From: Lytechinus pictus
Taxonomy: Eukaryota
Reading direction: 5' to 3'
NCBI RefSeq assembly: GCF_037042905.1
Contig: NC_087255.1
Span: forward strand, 31,310,001 to 31,374,000
DNA length: 64,000 bases
Positions within the stretch are counted from its first letter, which is position 1; the number at the start of each line of letters is the position of its first letter. A program made the position numbers and the translations under genes. The notes under the pieces are model-generated. The model made no database searches, was not told the origin of the DNA, and saw only the letters and a program-made list of their open reading frames with translations. Shown here in pieces: positions 13,983-27,300 of this stretch.

Positions 13983-16900
13983 CACCATAATATACTGTAT
14001 ATACTCGCTCTTGTACCGATGTGAGGTTTACAAACGCAAGCTTTTATATGAATGGAGACGTACTCCAATTTTTGTTTTATTAGAGCATTTGTTAATCCTC
14101 CATACATTGTTGATTTTAGTTCTTAAACAAGAGATTTTCGAAAATAATGGAAAGTCTACCTTAGGCTATCATGTGAGGTTTACCACAGTCTAGACTTATG
14201 CTGTAATAATAATAATAATTATTATTATTATTTATTTAACCAATATAAAAAGTACATACACATTACATTAGAATTTAAAAAAAATTACAGTACATGAACA
14301 TGCAAAGAAATGCGGGAACGGCATGTGGGTCAGGGGGCACAAAAGCAAAATCCATCACTGTTGCCCGAAGGCATGAGCCCCCACACATGCCGCTCCCAAG
14401 ACATAAATAAAATATATAAATACTCTTACACAAACTATTGCACGTTAAAAAGGGAATACTGAAAAGGGTGCCAAAATAATTAATTAGATAGTCTTGAGAT
14501 GCATTAAAAAAATACCACTGCAAAATTGTAAAAATATAACATAGTAAAAAATTAACACCTCGGTGCTGAACAGTAATATGAAAAGGGCATTCTAAATAAA
14601 CTTGCAATAGAAATTGGAAATTCAAATATATTTGATTAAGAAGATCTGGTGTAACTGGAGTTCGGAAAAAAAAAGAGAAGGGTGGGTAGTTAGAAGTCCA
14701 AAGTAGAATAATAGCTTTAAAAATGAATGGAGACGTACCCCTTTCAGGGATTATAGGATTTGTTAATCCTCGATTGTTTATTTTAGATATAAAAAAGATT
14801 ATCGAAAAAGGGGTGTCGTAGTAGCTTGTACCTCAGCAAGCAGGCAAAATAACGCTGCTGTTTAATGTTTTGTGCGATATTTTATTCTCCCCCCCCCAAT
14901 AAACAGATATGTTCTAGATCTTGTTCTTTTGTTTTAATCGCATCATTACTCCAGTACAAATAAAGTCTTTTGCAGAATTATTGCTTTACGTACGATAGTC
15001 CAGTCTACCTGTGAAACAATAATAAATAATAAAAAAATCGCTGTGATATGAAGGGAAGAAAAGAAACGGGAGGTAATGATGAGTCTTGTAGCACTCTATA
15101 TATACCTGTTATTCAATAGAAAAGAAAAAAAAGGCCTTCATGTATAGGTTGTCTTTCCCTGGCACCGCCCATGCCTAAAATAGAAAAAAAAATGAAATGT
15201 ACATAAAAGAAGGTATAGAATAATGAAAGAAGAAAGAAGCTAACAACTGCGAATGGAAGAGAAAACAGAATGGCTAATGTTTCTCAAAATGCTATATTTG
15301 TGGGCGTAATAAGTTAAAAATTGTGGAAAATAGCATCATACAACAGACACTTGAAAATTATCGTAACAGGTATGTCTCTGACCTAGCTTGTTATAAAGTC
15401 AAGGTCATATTGTCTTCTGTCATTGATGACCGACTAGAGTTTACAATGCGACTGGAATTTATCGAATTGAAAAAATATGTATATGTGTCAGTCTATTATA
15501 TTGACTTTGCCAACACGAAGGTCTGCCCCCACTGGCCTTTATTATCAGCTGAATTACAGCTGAACAATTTTATTAACAAAAAAGATTTGTGTAATCCGTA
15601 AGATGAACTTTATTGTTTGCATTGTTTGTGAATTTTGTTTGCAGATATTATTCACATTTATGGTGTCTGTCACATCGCAGCTGTTTGCGCTATTCCAATG
15701 TTCGTTAGTTTTTTTTTTTTTTTTTTTAGGGGGGTTGTCAGGATCTCGTTTCATGAAATAAAGTTATGGTATTTTCTAATGTAAATTAAGGGTCAACAAC
15801 AAATCAGAATCAACGTTCCCATGGTAGCAGTTACCATAACGACAAAGAACCTACAATGTATAAGGAAATAATGTATTCATGTTTTTAATTATTGATTTCC
15901 CCTTTTGATTTCTGTTATCAAAGTACTGGCATTGCCGCGGGGTAGTCTAAAAGCAAACCTCGGACTTCACTGAAGACCAATAGAGAGAGAGAGAAAAATT
16001 GACCTGCATAAATAATAAAGAAATAATTGACAAACAAACAAAAATAAAATTACTGGGGAGAAGGGGCACCATACAAAATTGCACATCCTGGTGTAATACA
16101 CACTGAACATTTTTCGAAATATTTTTTGAAATAGTTTTGATGTCAATGTCGACCCCCCACAAAAAAAATGATAGGGGGTACTTATGAGGCATAGAAAGAT
16201 TGAGGAGATGGAATCTATTTTATTTTTTTCTGGTCATGACAAAATGAGTTCAGGCTCTAATTCACATAGAATAACATTAATAAAGCTCTTTTATTGTTGA
16301 CATGCACGGCTTCGCTTATACATGCATGCTTCCAAAGTTTCAATGCCCTTTATGTGCACCATGTTATCACGTCTAGACTATATGACTATAAAAATAATGA
16401 ATAATTGAATGGATGATGACGACATACGGTCACGGTATCAGCGCATGTACATTCATCACCGGCCATGACATAATGCCCTCTGATTTTCGTTGTACAATGA
16501 CTTTTTATCATCCTGTCCTTATTTTGTAATGAGTTGGTAATTTTGAAGAAAAAAGAGTACTCGTCCCGGGTACTCGTCATTCGTTTGCAATTAAGTTTGC
16601 ACCCTAAACAAATGTAATATTGAAAATATTGCCCTCTTGCGTGGGTGCAATACTCCCGAGGTTAAATATTTTCTTTCCCCAAAATGCACATTTTGGTTGT
16701 TAATCATTTGTACGCTAAATCATTTAGCATCAATCAAAATAAATTCCCTACATGCATATAGCTAACTCTTAAAGTTTAACAAAAGGACACAGTGAAGAAA
16801 ACGCAATTTTTCCTAGTGTTAACAGAAATGTTACCCACCCAAGATCTGCACATGAATGCAATTTTAGATGGAAAGCACGGTTATGTCATTACTTACAAGG

Positions 16901-19790
16901 CCGTACGCAGTGTGGCACGGGGGAGGGGCAGTTACCCCCCCCCCCCCCCGAAATTTTGAAAACTTACATTTTTTTACTGATAATTTTCACAAAAATCACC
17001 AACAGACAAAGTGTTCACGCAATCATTCAATTTCACTTTAGAATTTGCAAATGCATCCTCATGACAATCTCGGTCGCTTTCGAGTTTCTTCATTTTTACG
17101 AGTCTTGCCCCCCCCCCCCCCCGCCGGAAAAAATATATGCGTACGACCATAATTCATTATGCAAACATAATGAATTGCAATTACTTTGATTATGATCCTA
17201 ATAAAACGTTCATTCAATGTAAGTTTAAGACTCAACTAATGATATTAGTTAAACAAATTACGCAAATGGTGCTTAATACAAATTACACTTGAATTTGACT
17301 GTCTTTAAACAAAATCTCACCAAACAAACATGCATGCTGACCTATCGTTTCATTTCTTTTAACATTCTTATAAAGTTCATTATAAAATCATGACAGATAA
17401 TCATGCTATATATAACTTATTGGTGTTTACACGTCTCAGTTCTCAATATTTGTCCAAAATACTCTCATGAGAAAGATAAGTAGATGAATAAACAGCCCCG
17501 CTGTGATCACACACAAATATGCAACTTTACAACATAATTATGTTTGCAAATATATGTTTTATTGCAGAAAATAAATTTACACTTTTCATCTAGGGCCTCA
17601 TTTGAGGGCAACGCAGAATAATAAGGAATCGTATTATGCTAAAAACGTGATTTTATAACTTTAAAACCGTTTTCTATGGATTAACCTTCATCATCTCCCC
17701 CATTTCATTTAGTATTCGTAAATACCAAATGACACATAGCATCTCAAATCTCTACGTATCCCAATCTGGATATACTCTAAATTTCGTGGATTTAGATAAA
17801 TCCAGATCAGCTGTGAATGGTGACCAGCCGGACAATGGATTTAAATTTGTAAAGATTTATATATAAAGCATAAGATTTGAATCTAAAATCTTTGATATTA
17901 AAAAAAATAAATCTTTAGGATCCACTCACATTGAATCCAGAATTTGACTGCATGGTCACTAAATACAACCGATCTTGATTTAATTCCAATCCATGTTATT
18001 ATAATTTAGAGTGTATACGTGATAACTATCGGCAAGGTGCGATAAGGAAAAAAATCAAATGAAATTGAATATTTGAAAAATTATTAGAATTCACTGTGGA
18101 AGCATACTATAATATTCATGCAGTTAAAAACATAAAGCTGTTTGTATCATATCAGTCATGACTTCATATAGGGACCATTTCTTGCCCTAAATGATATATC
18201 CCTGTGTAGCTACATTTACTTAGCACCTAGAAAATGTTCTAGTCGTGTGTAAAATCATTTGTAAACAGTTTTATGAAACAACATACAATGTTCCTGAAAT
18301 GAGGTACACTGTTCTTAAGCTGATGTCTACAGAGTAATATCACAAAGCGAAAAGAAAAAATGGGTTCAAATTTCCCACAAAGGACCAAATAAAAATAATT
18401 ATGACAACGAAAGTAAAATGTGATCAAGATTTGAAAAAGAAGATAAAATTTGCTGAAACATCAAACAATGATTGATAAATGGTTCCAAAAGAATAGATAT
18501 TGGAGGTATATTTTCAAAGACTCGTATGGCTAAATAAGCAAAGTATATCATTCTTATTTACAGATGACAGCACGAATATTGCATATCCAAATCATGAAAT
18601 AATTTGTGCGCTTCAAATATAGTTGGAATTACACTGGCTGAAACTTTGGCGGTCGATGAGAACACTTTGCACTTAAGTTCAAGGTATAAAATACAGCTGA
18701 CAGAGCTTTGTCAGCTGACAGAGATACATGTATACTGAAACGATTCAAACATATTTTCGGAACCGACAACAACTAGTACAAGTAGTTAACGACACGTGCT
18801 TGGAGTTCTGTATATACGCCAAATCTCCACTTAGTGATGTGACCAAAAATGGTTGTTAAATGCTAAACGAGAAACACCTTCTGCAAGGAATATCATCTGT
18901 CAGAAGTCCTTCTTTCCAGATATCAGGTAATGGAATTCCTTGCTAGATGAACTACCCAATGTCACCTCTATCTGTAGTACAGAGCATCCTGCTTCGCTAA
19001 GAGAGGAGCATGGCTTTTTAGCTGCACTTAGTTTTTTTTTAATATAAAAAAATGGCACTGTACATACTCCACACCAGACCTGCCAAATATAGTACGACAA
19101 TACACCAGTCGGTGGACTGTACTTTATCAGAAGAAGGAGAAGAGATTGTATAAATATGGTTCCAGGATGTTGTATTTCACATTTTGAAGAGAATCACTGC
19201 AGAATAAAATCCTAAAGCATTACTAAGGTCTTATAATTTACCGACTTTTCTTGTAAACTCCAATCATGGCAAATAGTTACATCAACACAATTCTTGACTG
19301 AAAATTAGACTACTTGGTGGCAGGCCGGCCGGTATTGACATGAATATTCTTTTACAAATTAACTTGAGGAAAAGATCCTCACAAGTTGGGCCTTTTTGCG
19401 AAATTCTTTTTGAAAGTGTAAGGAGTGTACAATGTAATAATCGTCGAGCTAATCGACTTCTTAGGTTTATATTAATTTTCAGCTTAGACAATGAGTAATT
19501 ATTCAAAAGCAAGCAATTATGAATATAATCAAATGAAATTTCAGGATAAAATATGTGCCCTAATAGCAGTGGTGAACGTCTGACAAACTTCTAAACAAAA
19601 TGTTCTTCTTAATATGACGTACTATATTTGATTGGAATAAAATGTAGGCAATAGGCCTATGAGTGAAAATAACTCACACAAATCCAATATCTTTAAATAA
19701 AATCATATTCACACACACTATATATTGACTATATGGCACACATCAAGTTCTTTTTCTAGATATAAAAAGTCACTCTCACTAGTTTCCCAT

Positions 19791-20243
19791 TCATTCTTGA
19801 TATATACCATAAACAATGCCAGTGGCGTACAGGGAGCCGTTTTTGTAAGTATATTGGGCGTAAGAGTCAAATTTATCATTCCAAACACATTGACTTGCGG
19901 AACAGACATCTGCATGCTCTGTGGATCCAATTGTAACCATGGCGACGATTTTATAACGTGGGATCAGCAATTCCTTGACGCGATGCTTGATGACGTCGGC
20001 AAGCTCACGGCAGAGGACTGGACACTTTTGTGGGTCATAGGACTGTGACTCCAGCTGAGCGGTCAAGATATCCTCGACGATCTGTTTGGCGGCACCGACC
20101 ATGAACTTCTTGTCTGGTTCCATCTTGTAGGTGCATTCAAAGCGGACGGCTGGTCGGCCTGGCGCAGTGCTTGCGCCGCCTCTGGCGTCCATGGCGCTTC
20201 GTTGCGTCGATGCCGAATATTTGCTTCCTGCTGTCTGAGCCAT
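19791..20243 (-). CDS. Tctex-1 domain-containing dynein light chain (TCTEX1D1/DYNLT5-like), 150 aa, single coding exon
   Basis: TYKMEP..F....KQIVEDIL..QL....YDP..C..L...IK.RVKEL..PRYKIV..V.IG........S.CVW...DSYA.Y.YKNGSLYA..IVYGIYQE is the full Tctex-1 family signature; ATG in gacATGG context. Confidence 0.93.
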   Translation of the reverse strand: MAQTAGSKYSASTQRSAMDARGGASTAPGRPAVRFECTYKMEPDKKFMVGAAKQIVEDILTAQLESQSYDPQKCPVLCRELADVIKHRVKELLIPRYKIVAMVTIGSTEHADVCSASQCVWNDKFDSYAQYTYKNGSLYATGIVYGIYQE

Positions 20244-21153
20244 GTCTGCAAATCGATTTCCTTTTTATTCCAAAGAAATATAAATAGGCCTGGATGAAGA
20301 AGAAAGATTGATGACGTAAAGTCTGTGTTCAGTTCAAGCACAAATCCTACATTCAAACTTGTCTCGTTATAACTCAAGAAATCACATGCAATTATGATTT
20401 GGGCGGTTGCGACAGGTCCTAAAAAAGAGAGTATTCAACGAATGCAGATAGCTTGTAATGTTCGAACCATATCCTTTCAAAAGGTGCAAAATAGTGTTTT
20501 GTCGGCTGCAACAAGTACAATTGAGATTGATATTCCAGTCAAATGACTATGACATTGAGATTTAATCGGCATTAATTGAGAAAACACGATGTACTGGTGA
20601 GATACCGCAAGTTGACCTTATAAACTTGTAGGTTACACCGCATCAAGTCTGGAGTAAAAAAAAAAGGCGATTCCAACTTCTGGAGTAACCACAGTTGCAG
20701 ACATTCAAACATTCCTTTCCAGTCAGGTTCAATGTCTCCCGAATATTCCCTGAATTGGAATGATTTCTGGGGGAAGAAATTTTTTTTTGTGAATCCTCTG
20801 CGAACAGAAAGCGTCGCTGGCCGTGTGTTAGATATTTTCCGTTCGAATGCCTATCTGGTTTCCAAGCACATTTATCGATCGCTGATATCTTGTTCAGATG
20901 CCTTGATAGAAGAATAAGCGCTTAATCGCTTTCGCCGTCCTTTGTCAGCGTTGGACTAAGCTCTGAAAGAAAATGGGATAGACTCTAGAACAAATGAATA
21001 GGTTAGGCACGGTGGGGGCGAGGGGCTGTAATAGGGCACGACCCTAATGGCTCGGCAACTGCCAATATGACTCCAACTATACTATTCAATCTTCAGTGAA
21101 GCAGCGGGTCTCGCCATCAGTCACTGGAATAAGTAGAAATATGTGTGATATTT

Positions 21154-21567
21154 CCCGGGGGGGGGGGGGGCAGTCAAATGTATTGCTGTACACATGCGTG
21201 ACCAAATTATTTCAAAACACCCCCAAACGAGTTTTTTTTTCTCTGTGTGCAAAATATCCCCCTAAACAAGTTTTTCGCGGGCTTTATTTACACATTTTGG
21301 CCACTAAACAAGCTGTCGCCAGAATATGACCCGGAGAAAAGCTTGGGGGAAAAACATACCCTAAACTCGTTTGGCTAGTCTTTAAAGAAAAAAATACCCT
21401 AAATACGTTTGACCATTGACCAGTCTTTCAAAACCACCCTTTTTCTTGAAAATCGGTGTTTTGATACCCTTAACGAGTGCACGCGCGGCCCGCGTCCAAA
21501 ACCCCTTTAAACGCGTTTTTTTTTTTGGTCACGCATGTGTACAGCAATATATTTGACTGCCCCCGGA
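21154..21567. mobile_element. MITE with CCCGGG-G-run TIRs and 6-bp TSD ATATTT
   Basis: cccgg(g)ncagtcaaatgtattgctgtacacatgcgtgaccaaa ... tttggtcacgcatgtgtacagcaatatatttgactgcccccgg; ATATTT at 21148-21153 and 21568-21573. Confidence 0.85.
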
Positions 21568-21879
21568 ATATTTTTTGAGAATTTCCGAGCGAGTACAAGA
21601 AAAGAAGCGACACTTTACAATAGACATTTAACTTTGTAAAAGAGCTAGAAGGTAGATAATTTAAATTTTAATGTGCCCCGTTTTAAAGAAAAGGGGGTAA
21701 AGCAAAAAAGAATGAATAAAAGGAAACAATATCGGCAAGATATTCATTTAACTTGAAAATCAAGTGATAAATTAAAAACAAGAGGAAGACACTCTTCGTT
21801 TTCTATTATTGTTATGGGGGAGGGGGGAGGTCGAAAGGGGGTCCTCTGGTCCCCGACAGACCAATTGTAAACCAGTTCA

Positions 21880-22460
21880 TTTTTTCTTCCCTTTCTCCTC
21901 TTTTTTATTTTTTAAATGATCCCTCGCGATCATCTCGCTCTTCCTTTCTCCATCTAATTTGATCATCCATCTCCCGCATTTTCTTCTTCCATTTCTCAAT
22001 TCTCTCTACACGCATTTCATTCATTCTCTCTCCTACACCCCCTCTCTTCATCATTTTCTTGTTCTTTCCTGAATTTGGGTCCGATAGTCCCCCCCCCCCG
22101 ACATCTCTCGCCTCCTCTATTAAATAAAATCTAATCCATCTCTATCTCTCTCTGCCCAAACCCCGCCCTCTCGTACTCTTCTACTCCCTTGCTCCTTCCC
22201 AAACTTTATGTAGTCTGATAGTGCCCCCTTTCTCCATATTTTTTCTACAAAAAATATTGTCCTTTTCTCACAATCTCTGCCACATTTTCTCTTTCATTCT
22301 CTCTTTCCTGATCTTTAGTCCAATGGTCCCCTCTCCTTTTTCCCATCCGTTTTGATTAAAAAGAATGTGTTCCCTTTTTCAATCTCTGTCACATTCTCTA
22401 TCTTCCTCTACCCCCCCCTCTCTCTCTCTCTCTCTCCCTGACACACACACACACTCACTC
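21880..22460. repeat. Pyrimidine-rich low-complexity tract ending in (CT)n(CA)n
   Basis: Base composition and microsatellites visible directly. Confidence 0.7.
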
Positions 22461-23119
22461 ACTTGTTTACTCTGTTTCTGGAACATACTTTCATCACCAA
22501 ATACACACAAACAAAAACACAATCATGAAAATAAACTCCAACACAAAGCTTATTCATATCTGACGAGACAGAAATATATATAATTGGTTACACGTTGCCA
22601 AATTCCATCACATAATACAGACAAAAATACAGAGATAGAAATTGACAATACTCCTTTAAAAAAGATAAATGATTTCGTCTCTATAGCCTGAATCACGTAG
22701 TAGAAGTCCTATACTATCTCATCTTTTCAAAAAATATTCAGTGATTAAGATTTCCAAATTTTGCATCACTTGCCTTTTTATCGAAAAATCACACAATTCA
22801 GATAAAATGATCAAAACGTATACTTGTTTAAGAATTCTCCATTGAAGCATATTCTTAATATTGATTTCCAAACATTGTAGGGGAGATTTTGATGATTTTT
22901 CATTGAATATTCATGATCGAACATAATGAACTGACATAGCCTACATTTTAGATTGTACTAGAGTAATATCAAAACCACAAAATACTGTCAAGTGAACAAA
23001 ATATATAAATTTATTTTCTTTTCTGATATCATACTGAAAAAAAATCATAAAGAATCTTTGTGATAAAAATCAAACTGTCCTGACCAAGAATTGGATACCA
23101 GTCTCAGCAGTAGGCATTT

Positions 23120-23350
23120 AAACTGTGGTGTTAAAACTGACACCAGTTGGTGTTAATAGAGGACCACACCCTGAGGTGTTAGAATTACACCCTAGAGATT
23201 GAACATGGCACCAAAGAGTGTAAATGTAACAACCAAAGGTGTTGTAATAACACCTATAGGTGTTAAACTAACACTGTAAATTTAACACCGGTGTAAAATA
23301 ACTGGTGTGGTCCTCTATGTACACCGGTTAACACCACAGTTTTTGCTGTG
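23120..23350 (-). mobile_element. Second copy of the CACTA-like MITE, one end truncated
   Basis: Close reverse-complement match to 4727-4960. Confidence 0.8.
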
Positions 23351-23420
23351 TGGTATAGATATAGATTGACATGGAAGTACCCCACTGTGCAGATATATCC
23401 AAGGTAAAGAGATGGGCTGT

Positions 23421-23757
23421 GTCAGATAGCCGAGTTGGTAAAGCACTGGTACCTGTCTTACAAAGAGTTGCCATTGATCCAATCAACCACAACTATTGAA
23501 AGCCAGTAACGCCAACGTCTAAACTGCATGTTTCCTCAAAATATTAGATTTGATGATGTTCATACATTCATCATTTTCTTAAAAATTCAGTGTGCTCCTC
23601 TTTGCTTACAAAAGACATTGTGCAAATTTCCTTTAGAAAACATTATGACATTGATTTCCATATAGTTGAGGTTGATTGGATCAACCGTAACTCTTTGTAA
23701 GACGGAGCCCTTGTCATGCAAGCCAGGGCCCTGGGTTCAACACCTGGTTAGGGCAGT
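23421..23757 (+). mobile_element. tRNA-derived SINE head (or tRNA pseudogene) interrupted by a Harbinger-type MITE (23449-23709)
   Basis: A box TAGCCGAGTTGG before the MITE and B box GGTTCAACACC after it; MITE TIRs gtcttacaaagag / ctctttgtaagac; related copy at 43349-43616. Confidence 0.7.
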
Positions 23758-23985
23758 CTGATTTTTCTCATTCCTTTTCTTTGATTTTTTGTTTTTGTTT
23801 GGTTTAAATCATTGAAAATACAATTGACATGAAGGAGTTAATTCTACTACATTGCTACATGTATAAAATCACAACACATCTTAAAGGATTTGTATCTTGT
23901 GATGAAAACAAAAATTGTGCTACCTTAAATGTAAATTGTGAAAAGGTGATCTTACACCAACCATAATCATGCAAGTATCAACATT

Positions 23986-24389
23986 TTAAAGGTAAATTCC
24001 AGTTCTGGTAACGATCTCAAAATGACTTTTTACAGAATCTAATATAATGACCACCCACGTGTCTGTTTGTATGAATAAAAAAATATGTGCCAAAGGATTC
24101 TGGAAGAAATTGTGTAATTGCTGAGAAATAAGCAAAATAAGCGCGGATTCGGTCACTTCCGTCGGGTCTTTATTCCTGCAATAATAATACACTGTCCCAC
24201 GTGTGCCTATCTGTGTTGGCGATCTTCAGTGTGATCGTATTTCAGCTTAGATTTTATGATTTCACAAAGTTCAGTTTATGTAACTGTACCAGATCTAGAT
24301 CCACGATGATATAGTCATACTTAACCTTGGTTTTACAGACTTTCTCACTAAATTAGTGTTTTACTGCAACTACTGTAATTTAGCTTTAA
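23986..24389 (+). mobile_element. Kolobok-like non-autonomous element, TTAA-flanked
   Basis: TTAAaggtaaattccag ... gtaatttagctTTAA; homologous to 41871-42292 along its length. Confidence 0.75.
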
Positions 24390-27300
24390 CAAAGAAAAAC
24401 ATAATGTTGCCATTGGTGTGAACTGAAATACTGCTAGTTGTTTGTATTCATCTATAAGTTTCACATAAGGAACACAGATCAAGAAAAACTGTATCAATTT
24501 TCACAATTTTGAATTCTAAAAATATTTATTCAATATGCTTATACATAACGTATAGTTGTTTTTTGTGAAATACAGTAAAGAAGAAACTACGATGATTAGA
24601 CAAATCAAATATATATTTCAAGCAAACTCAGGTTTCGACAAAAAAAGAATATCAACATCAAAAGATGATTTAAAATATGATAAGGTTTCAATAATTGAAT
24701 GATTAGTTCATGAAAGAGACAGTTTGACAAAAGATTTTCACTATGAGCTAAATCTAAAATTGCGAAGAAGGGAGAAGACAAATGAGAAAGAGATAGAACA
24801 TATTATCTTGTGAACCAGCTTGCCAATTATCTTCTGTTAAATTCAACCTTAATTATCAAGTTTCTTGGATTAATCTCAATATTGTTCATATCACTATGAG
24901 GAACAATAAGAAATACAAAATGAAAGTCAACTGTCACAAATGAAGCATATGTCACATGACATTGAAATTGCAGAGACAAAACAGTAATAATTACTGTTAA
25001 ACTATTGTTCATCATATGTCTAGTTAAACTGAAAAATAATATCAATTTCTTTTCACAAATACATGATTACTGCCATGTATGAACATGTGCTATTCAAACT
25101 GTTGTGTGTGTACATATACTATATATAGGAGTATCAGAGAAAAGAGAAATGTTAATTTTCTCACATGTCGGTATGTGATGACATTTGCTGACACAGAATG
25201 TGACATGTGATACATTCATACATACACATATATATATAAATTTCATGATAACTCACATTGATATGAAAAAGTATGCATACATATTAAAACACTAAAACAT
25301 ACACTATCCTTTGTACACGATGGCATGAAACATTTTCATACATTTTTTTTCTTAAAAAACAAAGCAGTATCATCTTTAAATGATTTATGCCATATGACTT
25401 CATATACATATATATATATATAGATATACTATCTGGAGAGTGAATACCATGAAAAATAATGTCTCTTCTCTTTTTCTTTACAATAACTCGCAAAATATTT
25501 CTGTCGTATCTACGAGTGTGTTTCGCATGAAAATACGCCTTCCATCCGACAGTGAATTTCGTTTTGAAAATATAACCTATTTTGATTTCCTTGCATTCCT
25601 GTCATCCAATTGACGATAAAATTCTCTGAACCTATATCATTTTATACATAGCATGACCAGGGCCTTGTCACATAATAATTTGCAATCAATTGCTTAATGA
25701 CAGTAACCAATCAAGATCATCGTAGCATGCACACTTTGTTCAAATCACTGACCAGTAACCAATCAGATTGGTTTCTGCAATCAATCACAAACCTTTATGT
25801 AACAGGGCCGAGTTTAAGCGTAATACAGATCATGTTCATAAAACAGGACCAGTCATCACAAAGCTGTGATTAATATAATCATTTGACAACTGGCTTATGC
25901 AAGTTTTATGAAAATGGAACCTTGTTGGAGACATTTGCATGAATTTGAAAAAAAAACATTATTCATAAACGATCCAGATGTTGTAAGTTTCTCTTAAAAT
26001 GGTAATAAATACAGAACGCACAGCGCAAAGCACAAATCACAATGCTAACTTTATACATGCAGGCTAGCATTTCCCAATAGCTTGGAAATCAATTGAGGTA
26101 TCCAACTAACCAATCAAAAAGGTAAAATTTGTTTGTTTTTTCCTTTTTAAATAACATCATTAAAACTTTAAAAAGGGGAAGAATTTTCTCCAATTGTACC
26201 TATTCTTTTCCTTAAAGAGATAATACATTTTCTATTTGAATTATTTCAGGCAGATTTTATTAATTACAAAGCATCCTAATGAGGTATTCAACTTGTGAAT
26301 CAGGTAGAATTAAATTGCATTTCTCTTTGTAAAATCATTTCAAAATTCAAATAATTTACCCCATAACATGGGAGACTTGGCAGCTCTTCAGTGATATATA
26401 TATATTTATTGGTGAGTGATAAAGTTATGAAAAAAGGCAGAATGATTTCTGAGCATTATGTCTTGGAAAAATATTTGTGCAACCAAATTTGGCAGTAAAT
26501 GTTGACCTTTGAGAAAAGTATTTGTGTAACCAAATTTGGCAGTTAATGTTGACCTTTGAGTAAACCCCAATAACTGTCTACCTTAATAAAGCTTATTGTT
26601 TAAATTTCACATGACACATGTGTACATTAACTGAGATAATCTTAAGTACAGTTGCCCTTACACAAATGCTACATAATAGATCCAAGAATGTCTCAAATAC
26701 ATTACAGCATTATTTCAAACAAGCATTATACATTGCCATTGTTTTGGTCAAAATCATTTGCTCCAATGATATCCAGGTGAAAAAGATGTATAAATATTTC
26801 ATTTTTAAGACTACTAGATTGTCAATAAGATTACTGACATGAAACAGTGTACAAACTTAACAAAAAAACATGAGAAAGCAACTCTTACTGTGAAAACAGT
26901 CAGCAAGTGGGGATTCAAGTAGAAAAAACAGAAAAGCAAGTGAAGGCAATATTACAGGATGAAGTCTACTCAATTGTAAAGTATTAAAGAAACATAAATA
27001 CAATATTAATCTGAATCGGTGCGATGCCATTTTACAAAGAACAAGGTTCAAGGGAAAAATGTATGGTGAAATGTTGGAAGAAAAGAATGTGTGATTTAAG
27101 TACAAGTTTAGTGAGAGGTATTGTGTAGATTTAAGTACAAAATGTGGTGAAAGAAAACTCAATTTGCTTCTCCAAGTATGACTTAAATATACTGCATCTT
27201 TAACAACAGCCAAATTATCATCAAAGTGGAGGCTGTATGCAAACATATCCTTAACACTAATGTCTTTTATTACACCAACGTCAAATCCAGCTACAATTCA

